Positions 1 through 9,838 of a stretch of DNA of 64,000 nt are shown one piece after another. Position numbers and translations under genes: made by a program. Source of the stretch: a virus (Duplodnaviria > Caudoviricetes); the IMG/VR virus record IMGVR_UViG_3300033066_002255. The stretch is one strand, 5' to 3'. The notes beneath the pieces are model-generated. The model searched no databases. It was not told where the DNA came from and was given only the letters and a program-made list of their open reading frames with translations. The stretch's first letter is position 1. The number at the start of each line of letters is the position of its first letter.

Positions 1-119
1 TCTGCAACAGTTAAATTAAATTCATTAGATGATAAAAACACAGCGGTGGGCATAAGTTTTTGTAATGATTTGCCAACCATGCCTGAGCCTCCTGTAACTA
101 CAATTCTTTTATATTTCAT
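1..119 (-). CDS. fcl: GDP-L-fucose synthase / NAD-dependent epimerase, N-terminal fragment (runs off the window)
   Basis: Not in the ORF track. Manual translation from ATG at 119 gives MKYKRIVVTGGSGMVGKSLQKLMPTAVFLSSNEFNLT, a Rossmann TGGSGMVG motif. Follows a GT11 gene. Confidence 0.65.
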   Translation of the reverse strand, partial: MKYKRIVVTGGSGMVGKSLQKLMPTAVFLSSNEFNLTVA

Positions 120-121
120 AA

Positions 122-910
122 TTAAATTTTTATCCAACCTTCACAATAAAGGTCATTTGTATTATGATTTTCATATGCTGGACCAAACCATTTTGACGGA
201 GCGATAACTTTTTTTTCTGGATTTGCATTTAACCATGCAGCCCACCAACTAAATGTAGAATTACAAATAATATTATCATTACAATGACTCATAATATATA
301 AATCTTCATAATCTTTATTCCCCTCTATAAATACAAACTTCTCTGGTAAATCTGGGAAATTTGCTTTACACCATGCGATATCATCTGAGAATATTAAGAA
401 TACAGTATCTTTGGGCATTTGTTTAATAGCCTTCATATAATAATTCATATTTTGCGTTGGATGATGGTCTGGTGAATTTAAATAATCACCTCTTCTAACA
501 TGAATAGAACAAGTGTGTTTTGTTTCTAATATATTTTTTATTTCTTCTTTTATGTCAACATCGTAAGATGTAAATAAATTTCTTATTTCATCTTCATATT
601 CTTTAAAGTATTTTTCAGTTTGAAAATAGCCATAAAGTAATATGTTTTTATCTGGGGAGTCTTTTAATTCATTATAATGAAATCCACTTTCATTTATCTG
701 TATTCTTCCGTTTCCTTGTGGTGTGTGATACAAATCAATATTTTTGAATATGTTATCATTATAGACAGTAACATGCTGATGTTGACCGCTTGATTCTTGG
801 CAATTAAATCCTACTGACTTATTATGTTTTTTACCATATGCATATGTAGCTGCAACTTGAAACATATAGTTTCCAAGCCCTCCCATTAGTATCGCTGAAA
901 CTTCATTCAT
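122..910 (-). CDS. GT11 family alpha-1,2-fucosyltransferase
   Basis: GGLGNYMFQ, GYFQTEKYF, SIHVRRGDY, FSDDI and NSTFSWWAAWL motifs. Confidence 0.9.
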   Translation of the reverse strand: MNEVSAILMGGLGNYMFQVAATYAYGKKHNKSVGFNCQESSGQHQHVTVYNDNIFKNIDLYHTPQGNGRIQINESGFHYNELKDSPDKNILLYGYFQTEKYFKEYEDEIRNLFTSYDVDIKEEIKNILETKHTCSIHVRRGDYLNSPDHHPTQNMNYYMKAIKQMPKDTVFLIFSDDIAWCKANFPDLPEKFVFIEGNKDYEDLYIMSHCNDNIICNSTFSWWAAWLNANPEKKVIAPSKWFGPAYENHNTNDLYCEGWIKI

Positions 911-914
911 AATT

Positions 915-1607
915 TTAAGGTTTAATTAATATCCCCTGTCCAGTAGGAGATGTATAGATTAATAAATTTTTAGAGGCAGCAAAAGCATCATGAGATTTCT
1001 TTTGATTTTCATGTCCAGGAAATCCATAGTCATCAAAAATAACTATTGCGCCAGAAACTAATTTAGGCCAAAAGAACTCAAGAGCTTCAGCTTCTGGTTT
1101 AACAGTATTCATATCAATACTTAAAAAACTTACTTTTTCAATATGTACTGTAGAAAGAACATCTGGAATAGCTCCTTTTATTATTTTAGCACTTTCATTT
1201 TTCGAAAATCTTTCAACTATTTCATCGTGCCAAGGATTATTTTTTGTATAGTAATCTCCAGTTCTTAAAAGTTCTTCTTGAGTACTATGCTCTTTTGATA
1301 ATCCTTCAAAAGTATCTATTAAATAATAATTTTTAGAAAGACTTTCGAAATTTAAATAAGAAAGTATCGCAGAAGCAAATAGACCAAAACCTGCTCCGCA
1401 CTCTACAAAATCTCCATCTAAATTCTCAGCTTGTTTAGCTGCCCACAATAAAGTGTGTATTCTCCAGCGTATATCATAACTTGAGTCAGCTAATAAAAGT
1501 CTTCCCTTGTCTGCTTTTACACATTCAGCATAAGCTTCTATAAATTTATCTTCTAACATAAAACCAGTATTTGCATTGGTTCCAACTATATCTCCAGTAT
1601 AAAGCAT
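915..1607 (-). CDS. TylF/MycF-type sugar O-methyltransferase
   Basis: GDFVECG, DTFEG, SIDMN and FDDYG motifs. Confidence 0.85.
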   Translation of the reverse strand: MLYTGDIVGTNANTGFMLEDKFIEAYAECVKADKGRLLLADSSYDIRWRIHTLLWAAKQAENLDGDFVECGAGFGLFASAILSYLNFESLSKNYYLIDTFEGLSKEHSTQEELLRTGDYYTKNNPWHDEIVERFSKNESAKIIKGAIPDVLSTVHIEKVSFLSIDMNTVKPEAEALEFFWPKLVSGAIVIFDDYGFPGHENQKKSHDAFAASKNLLIYTSPTGQGILIKP

Positions 1608-1609
1608 AA

Positions 1610-2224
1610 TTATTGTATTTTTTTTAAATATCCATTAACGTTGAATGTAGCATTCTTACCGAAAAAGTCACACCATTTTCTATCAATTACATAATCAGAA
1701 TTATTATTCATGAATTCTGCTATTGCCTTTAATGGTCCTCCATTATAATCAGGATAGCCTAATTCATCTATGATACCATCCTCTACTATAAAATAAGAAT
1801 TTTTTGTTGGTATAGTTTTAAATTTATTTAAAGATGCTATAACATCTTCATAAGTATGAGAACCATCATCTATAACTAATATAGTATTAAACCCCTCAGC
1901 ATTTTTTAAATCATAAGATTGATATCCTCCAAGAAATCTTTTTATTCTTGAATGATTTTTGACAAGTTCGCTGTCAACCATATCAACTATGTCAATAGTA
2001 TGAATTTCTCCATGACCTATTTTATCCATAATATCAGCCATATACAAAGCGCCTCCACCAGCATTAGTACCAACTTCTATTATTAAATCTGGTTTAATTT
2101 CATTTATAATCATTTGGTAAATTATATAATCAAATGGGCATCTTATATACCTTACACCTCTATAAGAAACATTGTGGTGTCCACTGCAAATGCTCTTAAC
2201 ATCAAAATTTACTGAATTATCCAT
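1610..2224 (-). CDS. CmcI family (cephalosporin hydroxylase / rhamnosyl O-methyltransferase-like) methyltransferase
   Basis: KPDLIIEVGTNAGGGA, IDDGSH, YFIVEDG, GP..A motif and C-terminal NGYLKK. Confidence 0.85.
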   Translation of the reverse strand: MDNSVNFDVKSICSGHHNVSYRGVRYIRCPFDYIIYQMIINEIKPDLIIEVGTNAGGGALYMADIMDKIGHGEIHTIDIVDMVDSELVKNHSRIKRFLGGYQSYDLKNAEGFNTILVIDDGSHTYEDVIASLNKFKTIPTKNSYFIVEDGIIDELGYPDYNGGPLKAIAEFMNNNSDYVIDRKWCDFFGKNATFNVNGYLKKIQ

Positions 2225-2852
2225 TTATTTTTTTAGCTATACAAATTATAAAATCTTTTTTACCAATGTTTTCAACAACATTATGATTAACATAATCTTG
2301 ATAAAAATATTTCTCAACTTCAAAATATCCTTCTAAAAGCTTAGGTATAACATCTTCTGTAATATAAAAAGTTCTATGAAAAATTCTTGAATATTCATTT
2401 TCAACTTGATTGTATGGAGTTGAAAATATAAGCTTTCCATCATCTTTTAATGCCTTATGCATTATAGGGATAAGAAGCTTAATTTCTTCTGGAGTAAAAT
2501 GTTCAATTGTTTCAAACGAAACAATTTTATCAAATTTGTTTTCTTCAGTTACATCTAATAAATTTGCCTCAATAAATGTAGCATTTGTTTCTCCAGAATA
2601 TCTCTGATTTATTTCTTCTATGGTAGTTTTATCTATGTCATATCCATAAACTTCTTTACATTTTTTACTTAACATTAAAGACCCATAACCTGAGCCACAT
2701 GCCATATCGCCAATAATATCATTCTCCTCAATTAAAGTGGCGGCTAATTCATATCTCTTATAGTGGGATTTTTGATACATGTCAAATGAATCATAATTCA
2801 TATTATAAAAATTTATGTCCATTCTTTCACCATTATTTTCTAAATTTTTCAT
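2217..2852 (-). CDS. Class I SAM-dependent methyltransferase
   Basis: HYKRY, DMACGSGYG, FDKIVSFETIEH and LIFSTP motifs. Confidence 0.88.
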   Translation of the reverse strand: MKNLENNGERMDINFYNMNYDSFDMYQKSHYKRYELAATLIEENDIIGDMACGSGYGSLMLSKKCKEVYGYDIDKTTIEEINQRYSGETNATFIEANLLDVTEENKFDKIVSFETIEHFTPEEIKLLIPIMHKALKDDGKLIFSTPYNQVENEYSRIFHRTFYITEDVIPKLLEGYFEVEKYFYQDYVNHNVVENIGKKDFIICIAKKING

Positions 2853-2862
2853 TTTTTTGTTT

Positions 2863-4377
2863 TTAGTTGTTAAATTTATTTTTTATATACTCTGTTTCTT
2901 TTTCTTTTATTTCATTTGAAATCATGTTATTATATTGATTATCCCAAATTCTATTTACTACATTTGTTGAAGTTAATATGATTGGGTCTCCAAATTCTTG
3001 TTGCATTCTAATATAATAATCACAATCCATCATCCAAATTATATTTTCGTCAAATCCAACATTATAAGGCTTTAAGAAACTTATAACACTTGGAGAGCTA
3101 ATTGTATTAACTCCACTTAATAATTTTTCTTTATCAAATTCAGGCATAAAATTATTATAAAAATCTATTCCATTTTTAGAATGCTCACAAGAAGATACAA
3201 GCCATTTTTTGTCTGGATTGTTATCAAAACTTTCTTTTATATCTTTCAGGCTATCTGTAGAATAAAGAAAATCATCTTGAAATAATATTTTTACAATTCT
3301 ACCTGTAGAAAATTTTATTGCATTATTAATATTAGCAGAGGAATTTCCTAAATTTTCAGAATTTCTAAAATATTTTATATCAAGAAATTTAGAATATTTC
3401 TTGCATAAATCTTTTATAGAATTATCATTACTATGGTCAGAAACTACTATTTCAAAGTCCGTAAAACTTTGACTTCTTAATTTTTCGAAGCTAAATTCAA
3501 GAAATTCTGAACCAAAACCATGCATTTCATAGGCTGGTATTGCTATTGAAATTTCTTTAGGAACTTTTCTGTTTGATGTTGTATCCAAAATTTTATTTAT
3601 TACTATTTCTAATCTATCAATAATAGTAATATATTTTTTTGATAATTCATAGTTTTTATTTATAAATTCTAATTTTTCACTATAAGTATTTTCATTTATA
3701 GAATTACATACTTCTATAATTTCTTCTAAAGAATTGACAATAAAAAATCCACGTGTATCAAAAAAATCTCCTATGTTATCACAACCCCAAAAAATTGGAA
3801 TAGTTTTAGTTGTAAGACAATCTATTAATTTTTCTGTAAAAAAATTTTTTTGTTTAGAGTTTTCTATACAAATATGAAATTGAGACTCAAAAAGCGGATT
3901 TTTACTTTCATCTAATATCTTATTTTCAAAGCTATTTTCTACCCCTCCATATTTACTGATATAAAAGTCTTTATTATTTTTTATTTTATTTTGTTTATAA
4001 TGTACTTTTTTTCTCAACAAATGTCCTTTAGTTATTTCCTTAAAACCTGTCAAATGAGAAATCTGAAATTTTTTAACGCTTGACAAATCAAAATTATTAA
4101 TCCAAGAAGTACCAAACTCTAAAAAATAAGCATTTGGACAACTTAGTAATATTTCTTCATCGTATGTAATAATAGCATCAAATTTTTCTTTATTATTTAA
4201 AACATGAGATTTGAATTTGCTTATCTCTTCTGATTCTTTAACCCATAATATTTTAAAACTATTATTGTTTGGATTATATCCATTAAAATTATCTACAAAT
4301 AGTTCTATAGGTCTATCAAACTCTACTGAAATATTTGGCCATCCTGATTCACTCGTACTATTAATTATTTGTTTCAT
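2863..4377 (-). CDS. Bifunctional glycosyltransferase: GT10-like (alpha-1,3/4-fucosyltransferase) fused to GT2
   Basis: N-half ICIENS..NFFTEKLIDC..TIPIFWG; C-half ISIAIPAY, VVSDHS, FQDD. Confidence 0.75.
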   Translation of the reverse strand: MKQIINSTSESGWPNISVEFDRPIELFVDNFNGYNPNNNSFKILWVKESEEISKFKSHVLNNKEKFDAIITYDEEILLSCPNAYFLEFGTSWINNFDLSSVKKFQISHLTGFKEITKGHLLRKKVHYKQNKIKNNKDFYISKYGGVENSFENKILDESKNPLFESQFHICIENSKQKNFFTEKLIDCLTTKTIPIFWGCDNIGDFFDTRGFFIVNSLEEIIEVCNSINENTYSEKLEFINKNYELSKKYITIIDRLEIVINKILDTTSNRKVPKEISIAIPAYEMHGFGSEFLEFSFEKLRSQSFTDFEIVVSDHSNDNSIKDLCKKYSKFLDIKYFRNSENLGNSSANINNAIKFSTGRIVKILFQDDFLYSTDSLKDIKESFDNNPDKKWLVSSCEHSKNGIDFYNNFMPEFDKEKLLSGVNTISSPSVISFLKPYNVGFDENIIWMMDCDYYIRMQQEFGDPIILTSTNVVNRIWDNQYNNMISNEIKEKETEYIKNKFNN

Positions 4378-6145
4378 TTAATTCTTTTTTTAATAAATTA
4401 TATGATTCTTCATTTATATCAATATTATTTAAAGCTTCTTTATACAATAATTTATGGTACAACCCAAATCTTTTTATAGCCCAATCTGCATATGAAGAAG
4501 AAGCATTTTCAAGTCCTTTATTATAAAATTTCATTCCAGAACCTACACCTGCAAAATGCATTAAATTTTCTCCGAAATCCATATCTGAATTTAATTCAGA
4601 AAATTTATTTTTCCTATTACCTTCTAATGTCAAGCCCCCAACTTCATCAGGATTTAAGAAATAAATCTTCCCTTTGTTATTTAAAATATCAAATGATACT
4701 GGGTCAAAATAATCTAATATAGGATGTCCTAAAGGATTATGATATCCAACTATCATTTGCCTTAATGTATTAAAATCATATGTACTAATTTTGTTTTTAT
4801 TAAATGCATAAAAATATGTTTGAGATACGTCTGATAACTGAGACAGGTCTGTTCTACCATTCATATTATTCTTATAACATCTAACTGGACCTATTAGGTC
4901 ATAGCCTTCATTTATTTTATCTCTCAACAAAGAAAGAGATTCTTTTCTGAAAATTACATCACTATCAAAATGAACAATATAGTTATAGCCTTTTGAAAAT
5001 TCTTTAATAACTTTAGCGCCAATATGAGCAGTACCAAGATGACCATTTTTAAAGCATTCCTTTAATTCAAGGTCTTCACTTAATTCAATGTATTCTACAT
5101 TTTTAAACTTTCCAACTTCTTTAAAGTCTTTTGCTGTACCAAAAATATGTACAATTTCATTAGGATGATACAGAAAAAAAGATTCTAAACATTTTTTTAA
5201 TATTAAACCACATCCATAAGCTTCAGTGAATATATATACTTTATTGTCTATTTTAGTATCATTTATAAACAAAGTACTTTTTTCTTTTATAAAATTAAGT
5301 CTATTTTTTTTATTCATAGCTCTAAATTGAAGCATATAATTTTCCATTTGATATAACAAAGGATTTGTAGCATGTGTTGGCGGGTGCCACATATGAAGCA
5401 TATCTATTGGAGGATTGTCAGCATAATCAACTTCACCTAATAGTGTAATTGCTTTATCCCAAATTATTTGGTCTTCAGCAGCATATCCCCAAAACAATTC
5501 AGGGTCAAAACCTCCAATTTGATTATAAAAATCTTTTTCAAATATAATAGAACCTCCTTTTGACCCAAATATAGCTGGAACAGATACTCCATGACTTAAT
5601 TCTGTAAGGGCATTATAATCAATTTTATTTGATAATACCTCATCCGTTAATTCCTTAGACATATACAAAACCCTTCTTTTACCATATGTTTGCATAGCCT
5701 TAGATTCTTTTAAATTTTCATATAATTCTATAAAAAAATTTTCTTTTACTAAAATATCTAAATCATGCAATAAATAGTACTTTGCAGAGTTTGAATATTT
5801 TACTCCAAAATTATAAGCAAAACTTCTGCTATATTGTTCAGTTACATTTCCAGGAGTCCATAAATAATTTACAGACCCAACTAATAAATCTTTATTATCT
5901 GGGTTTTCACTATGTTCAACAAAAGTTAAACAAAATCTTTTTGGCGTAGGAGAGTTAATTTTAAAAAAATCAAAAGCTTTTTGGAAAGAATTTATTAAAG
6001 GCGATATAAATTCTTTTCTACCTCTAAAACCAATTATTATATTAATGTCATATTCTTCATTGTTTAATAAGAAAACTTCTGATTTTTCTCTTATTTCACT
6101 ATAGCTAAATTCATTTTTTTTTAATGATTCAAATATATTTTCCAT
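4361..6145 (-). CDS. Two-domain glycosyltransferase (GT2/GT7-C-like plus a second GT-A domain)
   Basis: SRSFAYNFG, HDLD, GGFDPELFWGYAAED, HMWH; second domain HFDSD...HFAG. Confidence 0.7.
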   Translation of the reverse strand: MENIFESLKKNEFSYSEIREKSEVFLLNNEEYDINIIIGFRGRKEFISPLINSFQKAFDFFKINSPTPKRFCLTFVEHSENPDNKDLLVGSVNYLWTPGNVTEQYSRSFAYNFGVKYSNSAKYYLLHDLDILVKENFFIELYENLKESKAMQTYGKRRVLYMSKELTDEVLSNKIDYNALTELSHGVSVPAIFGSKGGSIIFEKDFYNQIGGFDPELFWGYAAEDQIIWDKAITLLGEVDYADNPPIDMLHMWHPPTHATNPLLYQMENYMLQFRAMNKKNRLNFIKEKSTLFINDTKIDNKVYIFTEAYGCGLILKKCLESFFLYHPNEIVHIFGTAKDFKEVGKFKNVEYIELSEDLELKECFKNGHLGTAHIGAKVIKEFSKGYNYIVHFDSDVIFRKESLSLLRDKINEGYDLIGPVRCYKNNMNGRTDLSQLSDVSQTYFYAFNKNKISTYDFNTLRQMIVGYHNPLGHPILDYFDPVSFDILNNKGKIYFLNPDEVGGLTLEGNRKNKFSELNSDMDFGENLMHFAGVGSGMKFYNKGLENASSSYADWAIKRFGLYHKLLYKEALNNIDINEESYNLLKKELNETNN

Positions 6146-6146
6146 T

Positions 6147-6833
6147 TTAAAGTAGATATTTTTTTAATAAGTTATATGTATAATTTTTTTTAAGTTGATA
6201 ATTTCTTTTATCTAATATCTTTTTAAATTCACAATTATCAACTTCGTACTTTGAAGTTATTCCCTCAAAAACTATTGGACTATTTTTTTTAAGTATTTGC
6301 ATCATCATTGTAGCTAAATGTAACACTTCAATTCTATTATCAAATGCTATATTTAATTTAACATCTACAACATCATTTTTTTTATATTCTTCAATTATAG
6401 GAGGTAATATTTCTATTAAATCGTCTATGTCTATTAAAAATCTTGTAGTTTCTGGAGAAATTCTTAATTCTAATTCAGATTGTATTTTATTTTTAAAAAA
6501 ATTAAATAAAGTGTGCTGATTATCAGTTTTTCCAACTACAATAGGCAATCTAAATATTATCTTTTTTTTAAAAGAATTACTTATAAGATTTTCCATATAA
6601 TGTTTGTGTTTAACATATTCAGAATTGCAAGATTCTGAATCGTAAATACTACAAGTACTAAAATAAACTAATAAAGAATTTTTATCTAAAGCATTTAATA
6701 ATTCAACTTCTCTCTTAAAAGCTTCTGGATTATTTTCTTTAGAATTAGACACGCCAGAAGCAAAAATAATAATTTCATTATCATTTTCATATTGCTTAAA
6801 AGCCTTAGCTAACATTCCATTGCCAATTACCAT
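6147..6833 (-). CDS. NAD-dependent epimerase/dehydratase-like protein
   Basis: IGNGMLA, FASGVSNS, YFSTCS, YxxHK and FRLPIVVG motifs. Confidence 0.75.
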   Translation of the reverse strand: MVIGNGMLAKAFKQYENDNEIIIFASGVSNSKENNPEAFKREVELLNALDKNSLLVYFSTCSIYDSESCNSEYVKHKHYMENLISNSFKKKIIFRLPIVVGKTDNQHTLFNFFKNKIQSELELRISPETTRFLIDIDDLIEILPPIIEEYKKNDVVDVKLNIAFDNRIEVLHLATMMMQILKKNSPIVFEGITSKYEVDNCEFKKILDKRNYQLKKNYTYNLLKKYLL

Positions 6834-7576
6834 TCTAATGTTTCTAAAGGTTCATTTTTTTGTTTAGAACGAACATAATTTGCCAATTCTATTTGACGAG
6901 ATTCATTTAAGGCTCCATCTCTACTTGAATTAGCTACATTATAAACATATAAAATATCTGATATATATCTACTTTTATCTCCAGCTAATTCAAGCATAGG
7001 CAACATAATTGCTTGGTCTCCAGCTGTATCTAGCCATTCTCCATCTTCTCTTGTAAAGTTATTTTTATCTAATTTTAACAAAAGCTCTCTTCTCCAAGTT
7101 CTTAAATGAGAGGCAAGCCATTGATATTCTTTAAAAGAGTTATTTTTAATTACTTCATCTGGATATGCCCTATAAATATTAGATACACTTCTATATGGAA
7201 ATTCTTCGTAAGTTCCATATGTCATCCACACTTCTCCAGAATTATAAACTTCATTAAGCTTTTGCAATACTTTACTATTTTTGAACCAATCATCTCCGTC
7301 TATAGATACTATTATAGAGCCTGGTTTTGATAGTTCAGTTAACCATAAAAAATTAGCTACCTGAGGAAGGCGTTTATCATTTTGATATATTTTTAAATTT
7401 TCAAAATCATTAGCGTACTTTTGAGCAATTTCATAAGTTTTATCTGTCGATAATGCATCAACAAGAATAACTTCAAAATTATCATATTTTTGAGTTAAAC
7501 ATGTACTTAGGCACTTTTCAATCCATTCTTCATGATTGCATGTATCTACAATTATACTAAAAAAATTATTCATCAT
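6827..7576 (-). CDS. GT2 family glycosyltransferase
   Basis: VDALSTD and IDGDDW motifs; paralog of the next gene (SHLRT, LYVYN). Confidence 0.85.
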   Translation of the reverse strand: MMNNFFSIIVDTCNHEEWIEKCLSTCLTQKYDNFEVILVDALSTDKTYEIAQKYANDFENLKIYQNDKRLPQVANFLWLTELSKPGSIIVSIDGDDWFKNSKVLQKLNEVYNSGEVWMTYGTYEEFPYRSVSNIYRAYPDEVIKNNSFKEYQWLASHLRTWRRELLLKLDKNNFTREDGEWLDTAGDQAIMLPMLELAGDKSRYISDILYVYNVANSSRDGALNESRQIELANYVRSKQKNEPLETLEW

Positions 7577-8316
7577 TTATAGTTTTCTATTTTATTAAAA
7601 CTTTTTTTATTACTTAATTCAACATGTATTCCAGTTTGTAATGCTTGATTTACTCTATCATCAGAAATAGGATTATTCCTATTATAAATATATAAAATAG
7701 TATCATTAAATATAACTTTATCTGGACCTGACATTTCTAGTATTGGAAACATGATAGCTACATCGTATGTCATTTTATAAAATTCCCCAGAAGAGTCTTT
7801 CATACAAGCAAAATCTGTATCTTGCTCCTGAATTTTTTGATAAATTCCTGCTCTAAATGTTCTTAAATGAGATACACGAAAGGGAGATTTTCTAATATTA
7901 GAAAATTCTTCTTTTGAATATTCAGAAGCAAACCCTCTTCTGCCATCAGTCCAATTAGCTTGTCCATACATAATCCAACAATCAGTTTTATTATATGTTT
8001 CATTTATATATGATAAAACATTTTTATTTGAAAGCCAGTCGTCTCCATCTACTAAAACAACAATATCATCTGCATCACAATAATTCATAATTGCATTATG
8101 TAAATTTTCAAGAGCAGTTTTTCTTACCTCATTTTTTATTATAGTAACACGTGAATCATCTTTTGGTAATTTATCAAAAGATGAATCGGTAGATGCGTCA
8201 TCAATAAAAATAATTTTAAAATTATCATATTTCTGTGAAACCAGGGAGGCTACACAATTTTCTAAAAAATCTCCTGGATTATAAAAAGGAGTTATAACTA
8301 CTATTCTATTTTTCAT
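7573..8316 (-). CDS. GT2 family glycosyltransferase
   Basis: ITPFYN, IDDASTD, VDGDDW, SHLRT motifs. Confidence 0.88.
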   Translation of the reverse strand: MKNRIVVITPFYNPGDFLENCVASLVSQKYDNFKIIFIDDASTDSSFDKLPKDDSRVTIIKNEVRKTALENLHNAIMNYCDADDIVVLVDGDDWLSNKNVLSYINETYNKTDCWIMYGQANWTDGRRGFASEYSKEEFSNIRKSPFRVSHLRTFRAGIYQKIQEQDTDFACMKDSSGEFYKMTYDVAIMFPILEMSGPDKVIFNDTILYIYNRNNPISDDRVNQALQTGIHVELSNKKSFNKIENYK

Positions 8317-8318
8317 AT

Positions 8319-9023
8319 TTAAATTTCTAAAACTATTCTATCTAAACTATTAAAATCATATGCTTTAATAGTCTCATATCCTCCTTCTGTTACTTGTAAT
8401 ACATCTACAAGTACACTATTATTAAAACTTGCCATTAATTCTCTAGGGAAATATTCTAACTGCTCAAAGCAAGCTTCAAGTTCTATTATATTTGTAAATT
8501 TCCAATGTTTAAAAAGTTTATATATTTCTTTGCTACGAAATATATGACCTCCTCCTAACTCTAAAGGTCTTCCAAAATCTAAATAATGCTTAACCCAATT
8601 CCATTTAATTGCTTTATCTCCTATTTGTTCTTCATTTAGAAGTATATTGTAAACATCATTATAATAGCAATGTTTTATATTTTTACCTAATATTAAAGAA
8701 AAACAAAAAATATCTTGGTCAGACATGATTTCGTCAAAATCTAATTCAGGAATTTCAGAAAAGAAATAATTTGTATCTTTAAAAAAAGAAACTAAACCTG
8801 AAGCAGAAGCAATCATATCCAAGAGATTTTCTTTAAAAGAATCTATTTTCTTAAAATTAATTATTCCATATTCTAAAAAAACCTTTTGATAGTCTCCTTC
8901 GTGATTCTCATCTGAATTGTATAGTACAGAGAATTCAAAATTATTTACGTTTTTATTAGAAGCAGACTCTAAAAAATTCCTTAAATTAGTTGGCGAATTA
9001 TTTGAAAATACTATTGCTTTCAT
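8319..9023 (-). CDS. Hypothetical, possibly degenerate GT-A fold protein
   Basis: Inside the glycan operon; the DxD position appears to read KDT. Confidence 0.45.
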   Translation of the reverse strand: MKAIVFSNNSPTNLRNFLESASNKNVNNFEFSVLYNSDENHEGDYQKVFLEYGIINFKKIDSFKENLLDMIASASGLVSFFKDTNYFFSEIPELDFDEIMSDQDIFCFSLILGKNIKHCYYNDVYNILLNEEQIGDKAIKWNWVKHYLDFGRPLELGGGHIFRSKEIYKLFKHWKFTNIIELEACFEQLEYFPRELMASFNNSVLVDVLQVTEGGYETIKAYDFNSLDRIVLEI

Positions 9024-9328
9024 TATAACATTGAAATTATGTCTTCTTTTGTTTTTACTCCCACAAATTTTTCTGATAATTCTCCTGCTTTAAATATAAA
9101 AACAGCAGGAATACTTCTAATTCCAAATTCGCTAGATAAATCATTGTTTTCGTCAACATTAACCTTTATGACATTAACTTCTGGATTTTCAGTTGCTACT
9201 TTATCTAAAATTGGTCCCAGGGTCTTGCAAGGACCACACCATTCAGCGTAGAAATCTACAATTGTTGTTTTTCCTTCTTCGATTAAGCTTTTTACATTTT
9301 CGCTTGTACCTTGTATTACATTTTCCAT
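9023..9328 (-). CDS. trxA: Thioredoxin
   Basis: DFYAEWCGPCK active site and cis-Pro SIP. Confidence 0.95.
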   Translation of the reverse strand: MENVIQGTSENVKSLIEEGKTTIVDFYAEWCGPCKTLGPILDKVATENPEVNVIKVNVDENNDLSSEFGIRSIPAVFIFKAGELSEKFVGVKTKEDIISML

Positions 9329-9377
9329 GTTTTTTGTTTTTTGTTGTTATTTATTATTGATTCTGTTTTTTAGTAAT

Positions 9378-9409
9378 AAAAAATACTCATTAAAAAGCAG
9401 AAAATCAAA
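9378..9409 (-). promoter_or_regulatory. Imperfect Bacteroidota primary-sigma promoter for the trx/glycan operon
   Basis: Minus strand TTTG-N20-TATTTTTT; one mismatch to TAnnTTTG. Confidence 0.35.
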
Positions 9410-9418
9410 TTTTTTGAA

Positions 9419-9425
9419 TATTTAT
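9419..9425 (+). promoter_or_regulatory. Putative late promoter element TATTTAT
   Basis: Recurrent motif, here 20 nt before ATG 9446. Confidence 0.55.
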
Positions 9426-9445
9426 TTAAAAATCATACACTAATT

Positions 9446-9820
9446 ATGTCAAACAAGAAAATTATTAGCCCAAGTACAATCAAACAAGCTATTGTTGAAG
9501 AGGCTCTTAGAATCAAAAGAAAAAAAGAACTTTACGAGTCAGTAAAGCAAATCAATTCAGAGTTGAAGCAACTAAACGAAGTTGGGATGGTTGGAAGTTT
9601 TGGATTCGCAAATCCAAGTGATAATATCAACAAATCTAAAACTGGTTTTGTTAATGATTTTCAACACATTTCTCATGTAGCTGAATTAGCTGCTGAATTT
9701 GCAGCAGTAGACAATTCTTCATCTATAAACGAAGATGCTTTAAATGAAGTAGATAAGTTAAAAGAAGAAATAAAAAAGCTTCAAGAAGAAAATGAAGCAT
9801 TGAAAAATTCAAAAAAATAA
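9446..9820 (+). CDS. Hypothetical head-associated coiled-coil protein
   Basis: N-terminal IKQAIVEEA motif; LYE/LNE/INE sites. Confidence 0.6.
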   Translation: MSNKKIISPSTIKQAIVEEALRIKRKKELYESVKQINSELKQLNEVGMVGSFGFANPSDNINKSKTGFVNDFQHISHVAELAAEFAAVDNSSSINEDALNEVDKLKEEIKKLQEENEALKNSKK

Positions 9821-9838
9821 CCATTAAAAACAAATAAT

